Below are positions 38,427 to 48,129 of a stretch of DNA of 64,000 nt, piece after piece; within the stretch, counting starts at the first letter, position 1; every line of letters begins with the position of its first letter. Origin of the DNA: Clostridiaceae bacterium (GTDB lineage Bacteria > Bacillota > Clostridia > Oscillospirales > Acutalibacteraceae); contig CAJGCA010000001.1 in assembly GCA_904501705.1 (NCBI GenBank), forward strand, positions 15,488 to 79,487, read 5' to 3'. Below the pieces are notes generated by a model. It saw only the letters and a list, made by a program, of their open reading frames with translations, made no database searches and was not told the DNA's origin. The translations under genes and the position numbers were made by a program.

Positions 38427-39773
38427 CTATCGAGATTTCACAAACGAGGCAATATAGAAGCCATCGGTGCCGTGGATATGCGGAAATAGGGTTATCTGAT
38501 GCGAGACGGGTAAGCCCGCCTGCGCAAAACAGGTATCCAGCGGCAGTAGCCGCGGGGAAAACTCGGGATGTTGTGTCAAAAACGCTTCGGCAACCTGTTC
38601 GTTTTCTTCAGGGCGAAGCGTGCAGGTCGAATACTGCAGTACACCGCCCACGCGCACGAGCTTCGCCGCCTGAGACAAGATCTGCAGCTGTAAGGCGGGC
38701 AGATCAGAAAAATCAGCGGAATCCTTATATCGGATCTCGGGCTTGCGGCGGATAACGCCCATTCCCGAGCAGGGTGCGTCGCAGATCACGCGGTCAAACT
38801 GCCCGATCCGTTCATCGGCGGGCGGCATCGTCGCATCGCGGCAAACGGCGTTGACACAGGTCAGCCCGTATTCCGCCGCGCGGCGGTTGATCGTCGCGCA
38901 CTTCTGCTCATACAGATCCGCCGCTTCAACCACGCCGTGATTTTGCATATACTGCGCGACCGTTAAACTCTTGCCGCCCGGGGCGGCACAAACGTCGGCG
39001 ACGCGCTCGCTCGGCTGTGCACCGAGCGACAGGCAACACCACTGCGACGCGACATCCTGATAGTAAAAATGCGTTTTTATCTCATCGGGTAGGCGGTGTA
39101 ATGCCTGCGCCGAGAATAGCCGTAGAGCATTCGGTAAGCCATCGATCGGCGTGCAGGTTACCCCTGCATCCATCAATATGGCAGACAGCGCCGCTGTCGT
39201 CGTGCGACAGGTGTTCACACGGATATAGGCGGGCGGCGCGTCGTTGATCGACTCCAAAAGACAGCGCATGCGTTCCTCACCGTACGCCTGACGCCACGCG
39301 CGGATATGCGCCCGTGGGCAGGAATAGCGAATCTCGAGCCCTTTATCGGTGTCGGGCAGCTCGGCGAAAAGTCGATCTGCCTCGCGTTGTACCCCGCGCA
39401 ACACGCCGTTGACAAACCCCGAGAGACGACCGCACCCGAATGAGCGGGTAAGCGATACGCACTCATTGATCGCTGCGAACGCGGGGATGCCGTCGGTATA
39501 TAGCAGCTGATACACCCCCACCCGCAGAATCTCCCGAATAGCGGGCGACATCTGCTTGACGGGTGTGGAGGACAGCTTGTTAAGCAAATAATCTATGGTT
39601 AAGCGGCGTTCGGTCACGCCGTAGACAAGCCGCGAGGTCATCGCCCGCTCGGATGCGGGCAGTGACTGATGCTCGAGCAGCTCGTCAAGAACAATATTCG
39701 AGTAACCGCCCTGCTCCTGAATGCGCAGCAACGCCGTCACCGCCGCACGGCGGGCATCCGTCTGCGGCATCAT
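38427..39773 (-). CDS. rsmB: 16S rRNA (cytosine967-C5) methyltransferase RsmB
   Basis: NusB-like N-terminal domain, then [26 protein letters not shown] and LQYSTCTLRPEENE. Confidence 0.9.
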   Translation of the reverse strand: MMPQTDARRAAVTALLRIQEQGGYSNIVLDELLEHQSLPASERAMTSRLVYGVTERRLTIDYLLNKLSSTPVKQMSPAIREILRVGVYQLLYTDGIPAFAAINECVSLTRSFGCGRLSGFVNGVLRGVQREADRLFAELPDTDKGLEIRYSCPRAHIRAWRQAYGEERMRCLLESINDAPPAYIRVNTCRTTTAALSAILMDAGVTCTPIDGLPNALRLFSAQALHRLPDEIKTHFYYQDVASQWCCLSLGAQPSERVADVCAAPGGKSLTVAQYMQNHGVVEAADLYEQKCATINRRAAEYGLTCVNAVCRDATMPPADERIGQFDRVICDAPCSGMGVIRRKPEIRYKDSADFSDLPALQLQILSQAAKLVRVGGVLQYSTCTLRPEENEQVAEAFLTQHPEFSPRLLPLDTCFAQAGLPVSHQITLFPHIHGTDGFYIASFVKSR

Positions 39774-40693
39774 CCAAGCACCGTCCCGATCGTGATCGGG
39801 TGACCGCGCAGATAATCCGCCGCCGCCATACGCCGCGAGCCCTCGGCTTGCAGTTCCTCGATAATCAGCGTGTTGCCATCACCGCAGGCGACCATCAACG
39901 GCGAGGTCGCCACGACTGTCCCCGCGGGCGCACTCGTCGCGCCACCGACCGTGGTGCGGTAGAGCTTCATCGTCTTACCCTCCACACGGCAGGTCGCCAC
40001 GGGCCACGGATTTAATCCGCGAACTTGATTGTGCAGGGATTGCGCGTCCTTATCCCAAGACAGCGGGCACATCGACTTATCCAGCATCGACGCGTAGCAA
40101 ACACCCTCTGCAGGCTGCGGGGTCGGGATAATTTCCCCGGAAATAAGTCCGTCCAGCGTGCGGCTGAGCAGGTCTGCCCCATCCGCCGCCAAGAGATCGA
40201 ACAATTCGCCGCCGGTCATCGTCTCGGTGATCGGACGACGGGACATCAGCAGAATATCCCCCGTGTCCACACCCTCGTCGAGCTTCATGGTGGTAACGCC
40301 GCTCTCAGCATCACCGTTCAGCACCGCCCACTGGACAGGCGCCGCTCCGCGGTAGCTCGGCAGCAGCGAGCCGTGGACGTTGATGCAACCGTACAGGGTG
40401 AGATCAAGAATGCGCTTCGGCAGAATCTTACCATAGGCGACCACAATGATCGCGTCCGCGCCGATCGCGCGCAGTTCTTCGTAGCACTCGTCCGTCTTCA
40501 TTGAGGTCGGCTGATACACACGCAGTCCGTGCGTCTGGGCACACACCTTCACCGCAGGCGGGGTCAGGATCTGCTTACGCCCGACAGGCTTGTCGGGTTG
40601 CGTGACCACCAGTGCGATGTCGTGACCGTCCTCAATAAGACGCTCTAATGCGGGCACAGCGAAATCCGGTGTGCCCATATAGATCAGTTTCAT
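39770..40693 (-). CDS. fmt: Methionyl-tRNA formyltransferase
   Basis: Motifs MKLIYMGTPDFAVPAL and NVHGSLLPSYRGAAP. ATGA overlap with the rsmB start. Confidence 0.95.
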   Translation of the reverse strand: MKLIYMGTPDFAVPALERLIEDGHDIALVVTQPDKPVGRKQILTPPAVKVCAQTHGLRVYQPTSMKTDECYEELRAIGADAIIVVAYGKILPKRILDLTLYGCINVHGSLLPSYRGAAPVQWAVLNGDAESGVTTMKLDEGVDTGDILLMSRRPITETMTGGELFDLLAADGADLLSRTLDGLISGEIIPTPQPAEGVCYASMLDKSMCPLSWDKDAQSLHNQVRGLNPWPVATCRVEGKTMKLYRTTVGGATSAPAGTVVATSPLMVACGDGNTLIIEELQAEGSRRMAAADYLRGHPITIGTVLG

Positions 40694-40710
40694 AGCCGTG
40701 CCCTCCTCTT

Positions 40711-41175
40711 TTACTTTAATTCGTCAGGTGCGAGCATCCGCTCGACCTTATCCTTAAACACAATGCCGTCGAGATGATCGCATTCGTGCTCAGCACATTC
40801 CGCTGCAAGGCCCTCCAGTGTGACGATAAAAAACTTGCCGTCGCGGTTCTGTGCCTGCAGCTTGACAATCTCGGGGCGATGGATAAGCCCGTATTCGCCG
40901 GGGCTGGAAAGGCAACCCTCCACACATTCCTGCGTGCCCTTAGTCTCCAGAATTTTCGGGTTGATGCACTCCTTAAGCCCGTCGCCCACATCCATAATGA
41001 ACAGGCGGCGCAGCACCCCGATCTGCGGGGCGGCCAAGCCAACGCCGTCGGCTTTTTGCAGAGTGTCCGCCATATCGTCGAGCAGCTGCCACAGCCGCTC
41101 GTCAAACTTCTCGACAGGGCGACATACCTTATGCAAGGCTTCGTCCTTGTCTGTCAATATTTTTCTGATAGCCAT
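40711..41175 (-). CDS. def: Peptide deformylase
   Basis: Start moved to ATG 41175 (RBS AAAGGAG). Motifs GLAAPQIG, EGCLS and HECDHL. Confidence 0.93.
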   Translation of the reverse strand: MAIRKILTDKDEALHKVCRPVEKFDERLWQLLDDMADTLQKADGVGLAAPQIGVLRRLFIMDVGDGLKECINPKILETKGTQECVEGCLSSPGEYGLIHRPEIVKLQAQNRDGKFFIVTLEGLAAECAEHECDHLDGIVFKDKVERMLAPDELK

Positions 41176-41194
41176 CCGCGATAACTCCTTTGTA

Positions 41195-43651
41195 TCACAG
41201 CATAACGGCGGGATTAATGTCCACATATACATTAACCTGCCGATTCTCCGGTACGTCGTGGAAGGTTCGCAGCAACTGCCGCACCAGCTCACGCATACGG
41301 GCTGTGTTTTTCGCCTTTACCAGTAATTTGTAGCGGTACTTGCCTGCCACGCGCAGTACGCTCGCAGGAGTGGGATCCAGCGCGATCATCGGCAGATCGC
41401 GGTAATCCTCGGTCGCCGCCAAGCGCAACTGCTCGAGCATCCGTCGGCAGGATTGCCGCACCGCCGTCTCGGATACACCCGTGAAGCCGAACATAAAAAG
41501 GTCGGCATACGGCGGGTAGTGCATCATCCTGCGCGAAGCGATCTCCAGGTCATAAAAGCCCGTATAATCCTGCGCCGCCGACAGTTCGATGATCGCGTTA
41601 TCGGGGGTGTAGGTCTGGATGATCGCTTTCCCCTGCTGATCGCGGCGACCGGCACGACCGATCACCTGCGTGAGCAGAGAAAACGTGGTCTCAAAGCTAC
41701 GATAATCGTCCGCATACAGCGATTGGTCAGCCGACAGCACGCCGACCAGCCCAACCTGCGGGAAATCCAACCCCTTCGCCACCATCTGCGTACCGATCAT
41801 AATGCGGTAATCTCCGCGGGCGAAGGCTTGGAACTTATTCTCATAAGAAAAGCGGGACATCGTCGTGTCGGTATCCATGCGCAATATCGGCACGTCGGGA
41901 AATTTCTCCGCCAGCTCCTGCTCCACCAGTTGCGTGCCAAGACCCGCGTAGCGGAGCTTATCCGACTCGCAGGACGGGCACTTGGCGGGCGGGCGCTGGG
42001 TATGTCCGCAATAGTGACACATCAGGCGATTGTTCGCCCGATGATAGGTCATCGAAATGCTGCACGACGGGCAGGTGATCACCTGTCCACAGGAGCGACA
42101 GGACAACTGCGTGTGAAACCCGCGGCGATTAAGCAGCAGGATCACCTGCTGACCGTTATCAAGGCAGGTCTGCATCTCGCGATACAGCGTATCGCCAATG
42201 ATGCTGTCACCAAGCACCTCGCCGCGCAGATCCGCAACCTCCACCGTCGGCAGCTTTGCATCACCGTAACGGCTGTCAAGCGTCACGAAGGTGTAGCGAC
42301 CGCTGGATGCTGCGTGATAACTCTCAATCGACGGTGTCGCCGAGGTGAGCAGCAGCAGCGCCTTGTGATGCGCACAGCGGAAACGCGCCACATCCCGCGC
42401 GTGATAACGTGGGTTGGACTCGGATTTGTAGGTATGCTCCTGCTCCTCGTCCATCACGATGAGCCCGAGGTTATCGCAGGGAGCGAACACCGCCGAGCGG
42501 GTGCCGACAACGATGCGTGCGTCACCGCGCTTGATGCGCTTCCACTCATCCATTCGTTCGCCGATGGCAAGGCCGCTGTGCAGCACCGCCACGCGACGAC
42601 CGTATTTGCGAATGAACAGCTCCATCATCTGCGGTGTCAGCGAGATCTCGGGCACTAGCACGATAACTTGCTTGCCGTCCGCGAGCACGCGGTCAATGAG
42701 ATTCATATAGACGGCGGTCTTACCACTGCCGGTCACGCCATACAGCAGCGCTGCCGCCGCTTCGTCGCGCTCGCAGAGCCTGAGCAGCGTGGAATACGCA
42801 TGGGATTGTTGCTCATTAAGGGTCTTTTGCACGATTTCGGGCGCATCCTCCGCGTCCTTATACGGCGAGCGAAGCACCTCGGCGTCGTAGATCTCCACGA
42901 GCCCCTTCTTCTCCAGCGCGGTTACGACCGCGGGAGTGACACCTGTGAAATAGCAGACCTCCTTGACCGATGCAGCACCAACATCCTCGAGCAGAGACAG
43001 CACCGACTGCTGTTTTGCCGTCAGCTTCGGCGCAGCCGCTTCTTGCGGGTTAGAGCGTAGCCGCACGGTGCGGATCGACGCATCACCGACGTGGCGAAAC
43101 GCATCCTCCGTGCGGCGAAGAACGCCCAATTCAAGCAGATGGAGCAGGGCGGGAGCGTCTGTCTCCATCCCGATGCGCTTTAGCAGCATTGCCTCATCCG
43201 CGCCGCCTGCACATTTCGCCACAAAAGCGAGCAGTTGTCGCTCGTTAGGGGTCAGTGTCTCCAGTACTTCGGGCGGAATATCCTCAGCAGGGCGCAGAAC
43301 GGGACGGATGCGCATATACAGCCCCGTCGGTAACATCGTGCGTACCGCATCAAACAGCGTGCAGAAGGTGCGCTCCTGCATAAAGCGGGCAAGCGCCAGC
43401 ATCTCCGCGCTCAAAAGCGGCTCCTCATCCATCACGGAATGAACGGGCTTCAGGCGGGCGACCTCGGTCTCCTCGGAAACCTCCGTCACGATACCCTGAC
43501 GGCGGCGGTTGCCGCTGCCGAACGGCACGAGAACGCGCACGCCGACCTGCGGCTCACCGAGATCGCTCGGCCAAAGATAGGAATACGCCTTGTCGAAGGA
43601 AAACGCTGCCTGCTCTACGGCGATCTTCACCGTCGTGTGTGTGATCGGCAT
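41195..43651 (-). CDS. priA: Primosomal replication restart helicase PriA
   Basis: Walker A GVTGSGKT and motif II VMDEEQEH. Cys-rich zinc insertion CRSCG..CPSC...CHYCG...CPSC. Confidence 0.94.
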   Translation of the reverse strand: MPITHTTVKIAVEQAAFSFDKAYSYLWPSDLGEPQVGVRVLVPFGSGNRRRQGIVTEVSEETEVARLKPVHSVMDEEPLLSAEMLALARFMQERTFCTLFDAVRTMLPTGLYMRIRPVLRPAEDIPPEVLETLTPNERQLLAFVAKCAGGADEAMLLKRIGMETDAPALLHLLELGVLRRTEDAFRHVGDASIRTVRLRSNPQEAAAPKLTAKQQSVLSLLEDVGAASVKEVCYFTGVTPAVVTALEKKGLVEIYDAEVLRSPYKDAEDAPEIVQKTLNEQQSHAYSTLLRLCERDEAAAALLYGVTGSGKTAVYMNLIDRVLADGKQVIVLVPEISLTPQMMELFIRKYGRRVAVLHSGLAIGERMDEWKRIKRGDARIVVGTRSAVFAPCDNLGLIVMDEEQEHTYKSESNPRYHARDVARFRCAHHKALLLLTSATPSIESYHAASSGRYTFVTLDSRYGDAKLPTVEVADLRGEVLGDSIIGDTLYREMQTCLDNGQQVILLLNRRGFHTQLSCRSCGQVITCPSCSISMTYHRANNRLMCHYCGHTQRPPAKCPSCESDKLRYAGLGTQLVEQELAEKFPDVPILRMDTDTTMSRFSYENKFQAFARGDYRIMIGTQMVAKGLDFPQVGLVGVLSADQSLYADDYRSFETTFSLLTQVIGRAGRRDQQGKAIIQTYTPDNAIIELSAAQDYTGFYDLEIASRRMMHYPPYADLFMFGFTGVSETAVRQSCRRMLEQLRLAATEDYRDLPMIALDPTPASVLRVAGKYRYKLLVKAKNTARMRELVRQLLRTFHDVPENRQVNVYVDINPAVML

Positions 43652-43682
43652 CGTTCTCCCTCCCCTTTTTTACGGCTGTAAT

Positions 43683-43883
43683 TTATACGTCGTCCGATAC
43701 AAATAGGCTGCAGTTGCCCTCACGGAAATCCTGAATCGCCAAGCTGACGGGTTTCTCGATAATGATCTCCTTATTGGCCTCCGCCTCCTCGGCGATCTGG
43801 CGCGCGCGCTTCGCGACACCGACCACCACGGCATAACGGCTGTTGTTGCCCTTCAATTCTTCAATGTCGTTGGGTGCTAACAT
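43683..43883 (-). CDS. rpoZ: DNA-directed RNA polymerase subunit omega
   Basis: 66 aa, NSRYAVVVGVAKRARQI core, positioned after gmk. Confidence 0.85.
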   Translation of the reverse strand: MLAPNDIEELKGNNSRYAVVVGVAKRARQIAEEAEANKEIIIEKPVSLAIQDFREGNCSLFVSDDV

Positions 43884-43884
43884 A

Positions 43885-44493
43885 TCACTTTACCTCCAAA
43901 ACAGTGTTTTCCATACGTGAATAGCGTAAATTTTCTGCATCGATGATGGTGTTGATGCGGGCGACCGCCTGCTCGACCTCATCGTTGAGCACAACATATT
44001 GATAGCGGAAGACACGGGTAAGCTCCTGCTGTGCCGCCGCCAGACGGCGCTCGATGACCTCATCGGTCTCGGTGCCGCGACCGCGCAGACGGTGCTCCAG
44101 CTCTTCCATCGACGGAACCGCCAGGAAGATGGACACGAGATCCTCCCGCTTATCCATCACCTTCTCGGCGCCCTGCACCTCAATCTCGAGGATGACATTC
44201 TTCCCCTCATACAGCCAACGCTGGATGGGCGCGATGGGCGTGCCGTAATAGTTGCCGTTGTATTCGGCATATTCCAGAAATCCGTCGTTTGCGATGGTCT
44301 GCTCAAACTCCTCCCGTGTGCGGAAGAAATAGTGCACACCCTCCTGCTCGCCGAAGCGGGGATCGCGGGTCGTCATTGAGATCGACAGCACCGTGTCCTT
44401 GCGCTGCTCGAGCAGCGATTTGATGATCGTGCCCTTGCCCGAGCCGGACGGACCGGACAGGACGATCAGCATACCCTCTTTATTCTTGCTCAT
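43885..44493 (-). CDS. gmk: Guanylate kinase
   Basis: Start moved to ATG 44493 ([22 protein letters not shown]). Confidence 0.93.
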   Translation of the reverse strand: MSKNKEGMLIVLSGPSGSGKGTIIKSLLEQRKDTVLSISMTTRDPRFGEQEGVHYFFRTREEFEQTIANDGFLEYAEYNGNYYGTPIAPIQRWLYEGKNVILEIEVQGAEKVMDKREDLVSIFLAVPSMEELEHRLRGRGTETDEVIERRLAAAQQELTRVFRYQYVVLNDEVEQAVARINTIIDAENLRYSRMENTVLEVK

Positions 44494-44740
44494 CGGTATC
44501 CTCCTCATCATCACTCATACGGTTCGCCACCGTCTCCGGCTGCACCGCGGACAGGATCACATGTTCACTGTCCATCACCAGCACCGCGCGAGTGCGGCGT
44601 CCGTATGTAGCGTCAATCAGCGTACCGCGCTCCTTGGCATCCTGAATGATGCGCTTGATCGGGGCGGATTCGGGGCTGACCATCGCCACCACGCGGCCCG
44701 CCGCGACCATATTGCCGAAGCCGATATTGATCAGTTTCAT
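44480..44740 (-). CDS. remA: DUF370 / RemA-family regulator
   Basis: [53 protein letters not shown] is the RemA pattern. Confidence 0.85.
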   Translation of the reverse strand: MKLINIGFGNMVAAGRVVAMVSPESAPIKRIIQDAKERGTLIDATYGRRTRAVLVMDSEHVILSAVQPETVANRMSDDEEDTDEQE

Positions 44741-44760
44741 ATCGCATTACCTCTTTCGGG

Positions 44761-45639
44761 TTACTCGATGTTCTGAATCTGCTCGCGGATCTTCTCAATC
44801 TCCGCCTTGATGTCCACGACAATGCGGGTCAGCTCCAGATTGCTGCATTTCGAACCGATGGTGTTGGTCTCGCGGTTGATCTCCTGCACAAGGAAATCAA
44901 GCTTGCGGCCGACCGCCTCGTCCCCCGACAGCAACGCATCGAGCTGATCGATGTGGCTGCGCAGACGAACGGTCTCCTCAGCCACTGCGATCTTGTCAGC
45001 ATAGATCGCCGCCTCGGTCAGCAGACGACCCTCGTCCACCGCCGCGCCATCAAGAAGCTCACGCATACGCGTCTCCACCTTCTCCATATGCTCACGCACC
45101 GTCTGCGGGGAGCGCTCCTCGATCATCGCCACGGCGGAAAGGATCGTCTGTCCGCGAGACAGCACATCCTTGCGCAGGCGTGCGCCCTCGCGCTCACGCA
45201 TCGCAACGAACTGTTCGAGTGCGATATCGGTAACCTTCTGCACGGCGCTCCACACCGTGTCCTCGTCCACGGCGACCTGACGCACCGTCAGCACATCGGG
45301 ATAGCGGGACAGAGTCGTCACCGAAATATCCTCGCGAAGACCGTACTTCTGCGCCATATCGCGCAACACGGTCAGGTAGTTCTCTGCCAAGCCCTCGTTG
45401 ACCAGCACCTCGCTGCCCGCACTCTCCAGCGCATCGATCTGCACGAAAACATCCACCTTGCCGCGGCTGATGCGCTGCTGCAAATAGTTTTTCAGTTTAT
45501 CGTCGATAAAACCGTAAACACGGGGCAAGCGGCAGGAATATTCGAAGAAACGGTGATTGACCGATTTGATCTCCACCGTGACGGACAAGCCGTCGAGCAC
45601 CTCCTGCCCGTGACCGTAACCGGTCATACTGCGTATCAC
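44761..45639 (-). CDS. yicC: YicC/YloC-family endoribonuclease
   Basis: MIRSMTGYG N-terminus (GTG start) and C-terminal EINRETNTIGSK motif. Promoter TTGACA-17-TACAAT upstream. Confidence 0.85.
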   Translation of the reverse strand: MIRSMTGYGHGQEVLDGLSVTVEIKSVNHRFFEYSCRLPRVYGFIDDKLKNYLQQRISRGKVDVFVQIDALESAGSEVLVNEGLAENYLTVLRDMAQKYGLREDISVTTLSRYPDVLTVRQVAVDEDTVWSAVQKVTDIALEQFVAMREREGARLRKDVLSRGQTILSAVAMIEERSPQTVREHMEKVETRMRELLDGAAVDEGRLLTEAAIYADKIAVAEETVRLRSHIDQLDALLSGDEAVGRKLDFLVQEINRETNTIGSKCSNLELTRIVVDIKAEIEKIREQIQNIE

Positions 45640-45803
45640 AGACGATCCACTCCTTTTGCATACAGTAAAAAGATACTATATATATCCCATTATTATTCAC
45701 ACTACATTGTAGCAGTTTTACCCTCTACTGTCAAGAAAAACTGCGCTTTTTAAGCGGATTTTTACGCTTTGTTCACACTCTGCACACCCCCTCGGTGCAA
45801 GGC

Positions 45804-45839
45804 AAAAATAAAAGCCCCGAAAGCTGGGCTTTCGGGGCT
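45804..45839 (-). terminator. Intrinsic terminator after the small acidic-tail gene
   Basis: AGCCCCGAAAGC-NNN-GCTTTCGGGGCT 12-bp stem, followed on the minus strand by TTTATTTTT. Confidence 0.85.
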
Positions 45840-45850
45840 TTGTGTGGTGA

Positions 45851-46057
45851 TTATTCCTCGACTGCTTCGACCTCGGCCTCCGCTGCATCCTCGATGATAA
45901 ACTCGTCATCGAGATCATAGTCGAAATCCGCCTCTTCCTCGTACCACGCCTTTTTCTTTGCGCGGGCACGCAGGGCAATGATCACGATCGTGGTCAAAGC
46001 GGCGATCGTCGCAGCAACGGCGGCAACAATGATCCATTTAGCCGTTTTGTTCTTCAT
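45851..46057 (-). CDS. Small single-pass membrane protein with strongly acidic tail (68 aa), family unknown
   Basis: ATG 46057 with RBS AGGAGGAGAAGG. Sequence MKNKTAKWIIVAAVAATIAALTTIVIIALRARAKKKAWYEEEADFDYDLDDEFIIEDAAEAEVEAVEE. It has its own promoter and terminator. Confidence 0.55.
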   Translation of the reverse strand: MKNKTAKWIIVAAVAATIAALTTIVIIALRARAKKKAWYEEEADFDYDLDDEFIIEDAAEAEVEAVEE

Positions 46058-46108
46058 ATTCCTTCTCCTCCTGATGTGGTAAAATGGGATTCGATTAGGT
46101 CTGTTGGT

Positions 46109-46137
46109 ATTATAATACAAATGCCGAATATTGTCAA
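46109..46137 (-). promoter_or_regulatory. Consensus sigma-A promoter of the small acidic-tail gene
   Basis: On the minus strand: TTGACA (46137-46132), 17-nt spacer, TATAAT (46114-46109). Confidence 0.65.
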
Positions 46138-46148
46138 GATAAGTGTGC

Positions 46149-46181
46149 AAAAACCGACCGTCTGTGCAGACGGTCGGTTTT
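46149..46181. terminator. Intrinsic terminator after ftsH
   Basis: CCGACCGTC-TGTGCA-GACGGTCGG flanked by A5 and T4 runs. Confidence 0.8.
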
Positions 46182-46188
46182 ATCCGTA

Positions 46189-48129
46189 TTATTCCGCTTG
46201 CGGTTCCTGCGGCAGCGCAGCACCTTCCATAATGGCCTTGAAGGTATCGCTGTCCATCTTCTCGTCCTCGATCAGGCGTTCGGCAACCTCACGCAGCTTA
46301 TCCATATGGTCAGTCAGCGTCTTTTCCGTCGCGGCATAGCCGTCGGAGAGCAGGCGGTAGACCTCCTCGTCGATCTTCGCGGCAATCTCCTCGGAATAGT
46401 TGCGAGTGTGACCGAAGTCACGACCGAGGAACACCTCATTCGCATCCGAAGAACCGTACACGATCGGGCCAAGCTTGTCGCTCATACCGTACTTCGTCAC
46501 CATCTTACGCGCGATCTCGGTCGCCCGCTCAATATCGTTCGATGCACCAGTGGAGATGTCCTCCAGCGTCAGCGCCTCAGCAACACGACCGCCGAGCAAC
46601 ACCTGAATGTCCTCCAGCATCTCGCCGCGGCACTTGTACGAACGATCCTCCTGCGGCAGACTCATCGTGTAACCACCCGCCATTCCTCGCGGAATAATCG
46701 AGATCTGGTGCACGGGATCCTGCGTCGGGCAGAAATAGGTCACGACCGCGTGACCCGCCTCGTGATAGGCGGTCAGACGCTTCTCTTTATCGGTCATCAC
46801 GTGGCTGCGCTTCTCGGTACCGACAACCACCTTGACGGTCGCCTCCTCGATCTCCGCCATCGTAATGGCGTGTAAGCCCCGTCGGGCGGCGAGCAGTGCC
46901 GCCTCGTTGAGCAGATTTTCCAGATCCGCGCCGGTGAAGCCCGCCGTGGATTTGGCGATGACCGCCAGATCGACATCGGGAGCGAGGGGCTTGCCCTTCG
47001 CGTGCACCTTGAGAATATCCTCACGGCCCTGCAGGTCGGGGGTATTAACCACGATCTGTCGATCGAAACGGCCGGGGCGCATCAGCGCGTGATCGAGAAT
47101 GTCGGGGCGGTTGGTGGCGGCAATCATAATGATGCCCTCGTTCGCACCGAAGCCGTCCATCTCGACAAGCAGCTGGTTGAGCGTCTGTTCGCGTTCGTCG
47201 TGTCCGCCGCCAAGGCCCGCGCCGCGCTGGCGACCGACCGCGTCGATCTCATCAATGAAAATGATGCAAGGAGCGTTCTTCTTTGCTTGATCGAACAGAT
47301 CACGCACACGGGAAGCACCGACGCCGACGTACATCTCAACAAAGTCTGAGCCGGACATCGAGAAGAAGGGTACACCCGCCTCCCCTGCAACCGCGCGGGC
47401 AAGCAACGTCTTACCCGTACCGGGAGGGCCGACGAGTAGCACGCCCTTCGGTACACGCGCACCAAGCTCGGTAAAGCGCGCAGGCGCTTTGAGGAACTCG
47501 ACGATCTCCTGCAGTTCCTCCTTCTCCTCGTTAGCACCCGCCACATCGTCGAAGGTGGTCTTACGCTTGTCGTCCTGTGCCTGCTTGATCTTCGCCTTGC
47601 CGAAGCCCATGATCTTGCCGCCGCCCTCAATGGAGTTCATCGAACGCTTCATCATCACGACCGACAAGATCACCGCGCCGACAAGCAAAAGCGTCGGCAG
47701 CCAGTTGACTATCCAAGAGGTATTCTTCACGGGATCCCAATCGAAGTCAATATCGTTATCGGGATTATCATCCATACGCGTTTGCATAACGATCGGATCG
47801 ATCGTCTGGACAAAATACGCCACGTTCGGCACCTTATAACTAATGACATCCTTCTTGTCGATCTTGCCGTCCTTGTTAATATCGGTGCGGTACTCCTCTC
47901 GCAGAGTCAGCTCCACGCGGCCAGTTCCGAGATCCAGCGTAAAGCTCTCCACCTGATCCTCCAAGAAATAGGCCAAGTAGTCGGAATACACCTTCTCCTC
48001 CGTATTGGGAACAGCGCCGCCAAGCGCCAGCCACATACCAACGAACAGCACGATCGGAAGACCGATAACTAGCAGAATATTCCGCACCGTGCGTCCGGTA
48101 TTGTTCTTATTGGGTTCCAAATTATTCAC
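46189..48129 (-). CDS. ftsH: ATP-dependent zinc metalloprotease FtsH
   Basis: Walker [12 protein letters not shown] region and zinc motif HEAGHAV. The start is either GTG 48129 or TTG 48120 (RBS GAGGAG 8 nt upstream of the latter). Confidence 0.95.
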   Translation of the reverse strand: MNNLEPNKNNTGRTVRNILLVIGLPIVLFVGMWLALGGAVPNTEEKVYSDYLAYFLEDQVESFTLDLGTGRVELTLREEYRTDINKDGKIDKKDVISYKVPNVAYFVQTIDPIVMQTRMDDNPDNDIDFDWDPVKNTSWIVNWLPTLLLVGAVILSVVMMKRSMNSIEGGGKIMGFGKAKIKQAQDDKRKTTFDDVAGANEEKEELQEIVEFLKAPARFTELGARVPKGVLLVGPPGTGKTLLARAVAGEAGVPFFSMSGSDFVEMYVGVGASRVRDLFDQAKKNAPCIIFIDEIDAVGRQRGAGLGGGHDEREQTLNQLLVEMDGFGANEGIIMIAATNRPDILDHALMRPGRFDRQIVVNTPDLQGREDILKVHAKGKPLAPDVDLAVIAKSTAGFTGADLENLLNEAALLAARRGLHAITMAEIEEATVKVVVGTEKRSHVMTDKEKRLTAYHEAGHAVVTYFCPTQDPVHQISIIPRGMAGGYTMSLPQEDRSYKCRGEMLEDIQVLLGGRVAEALTLEDISTGASNDIERATEIARKMVTKYGMSDKLGPIVYGSSDANEVFLGRDFGHTRNYSEEIAAKIDEEVYRLLSDGYAATEKTLTDHMDKLREVAERLIEDEKMDSDTFKAIMEGAALPQEPQAE

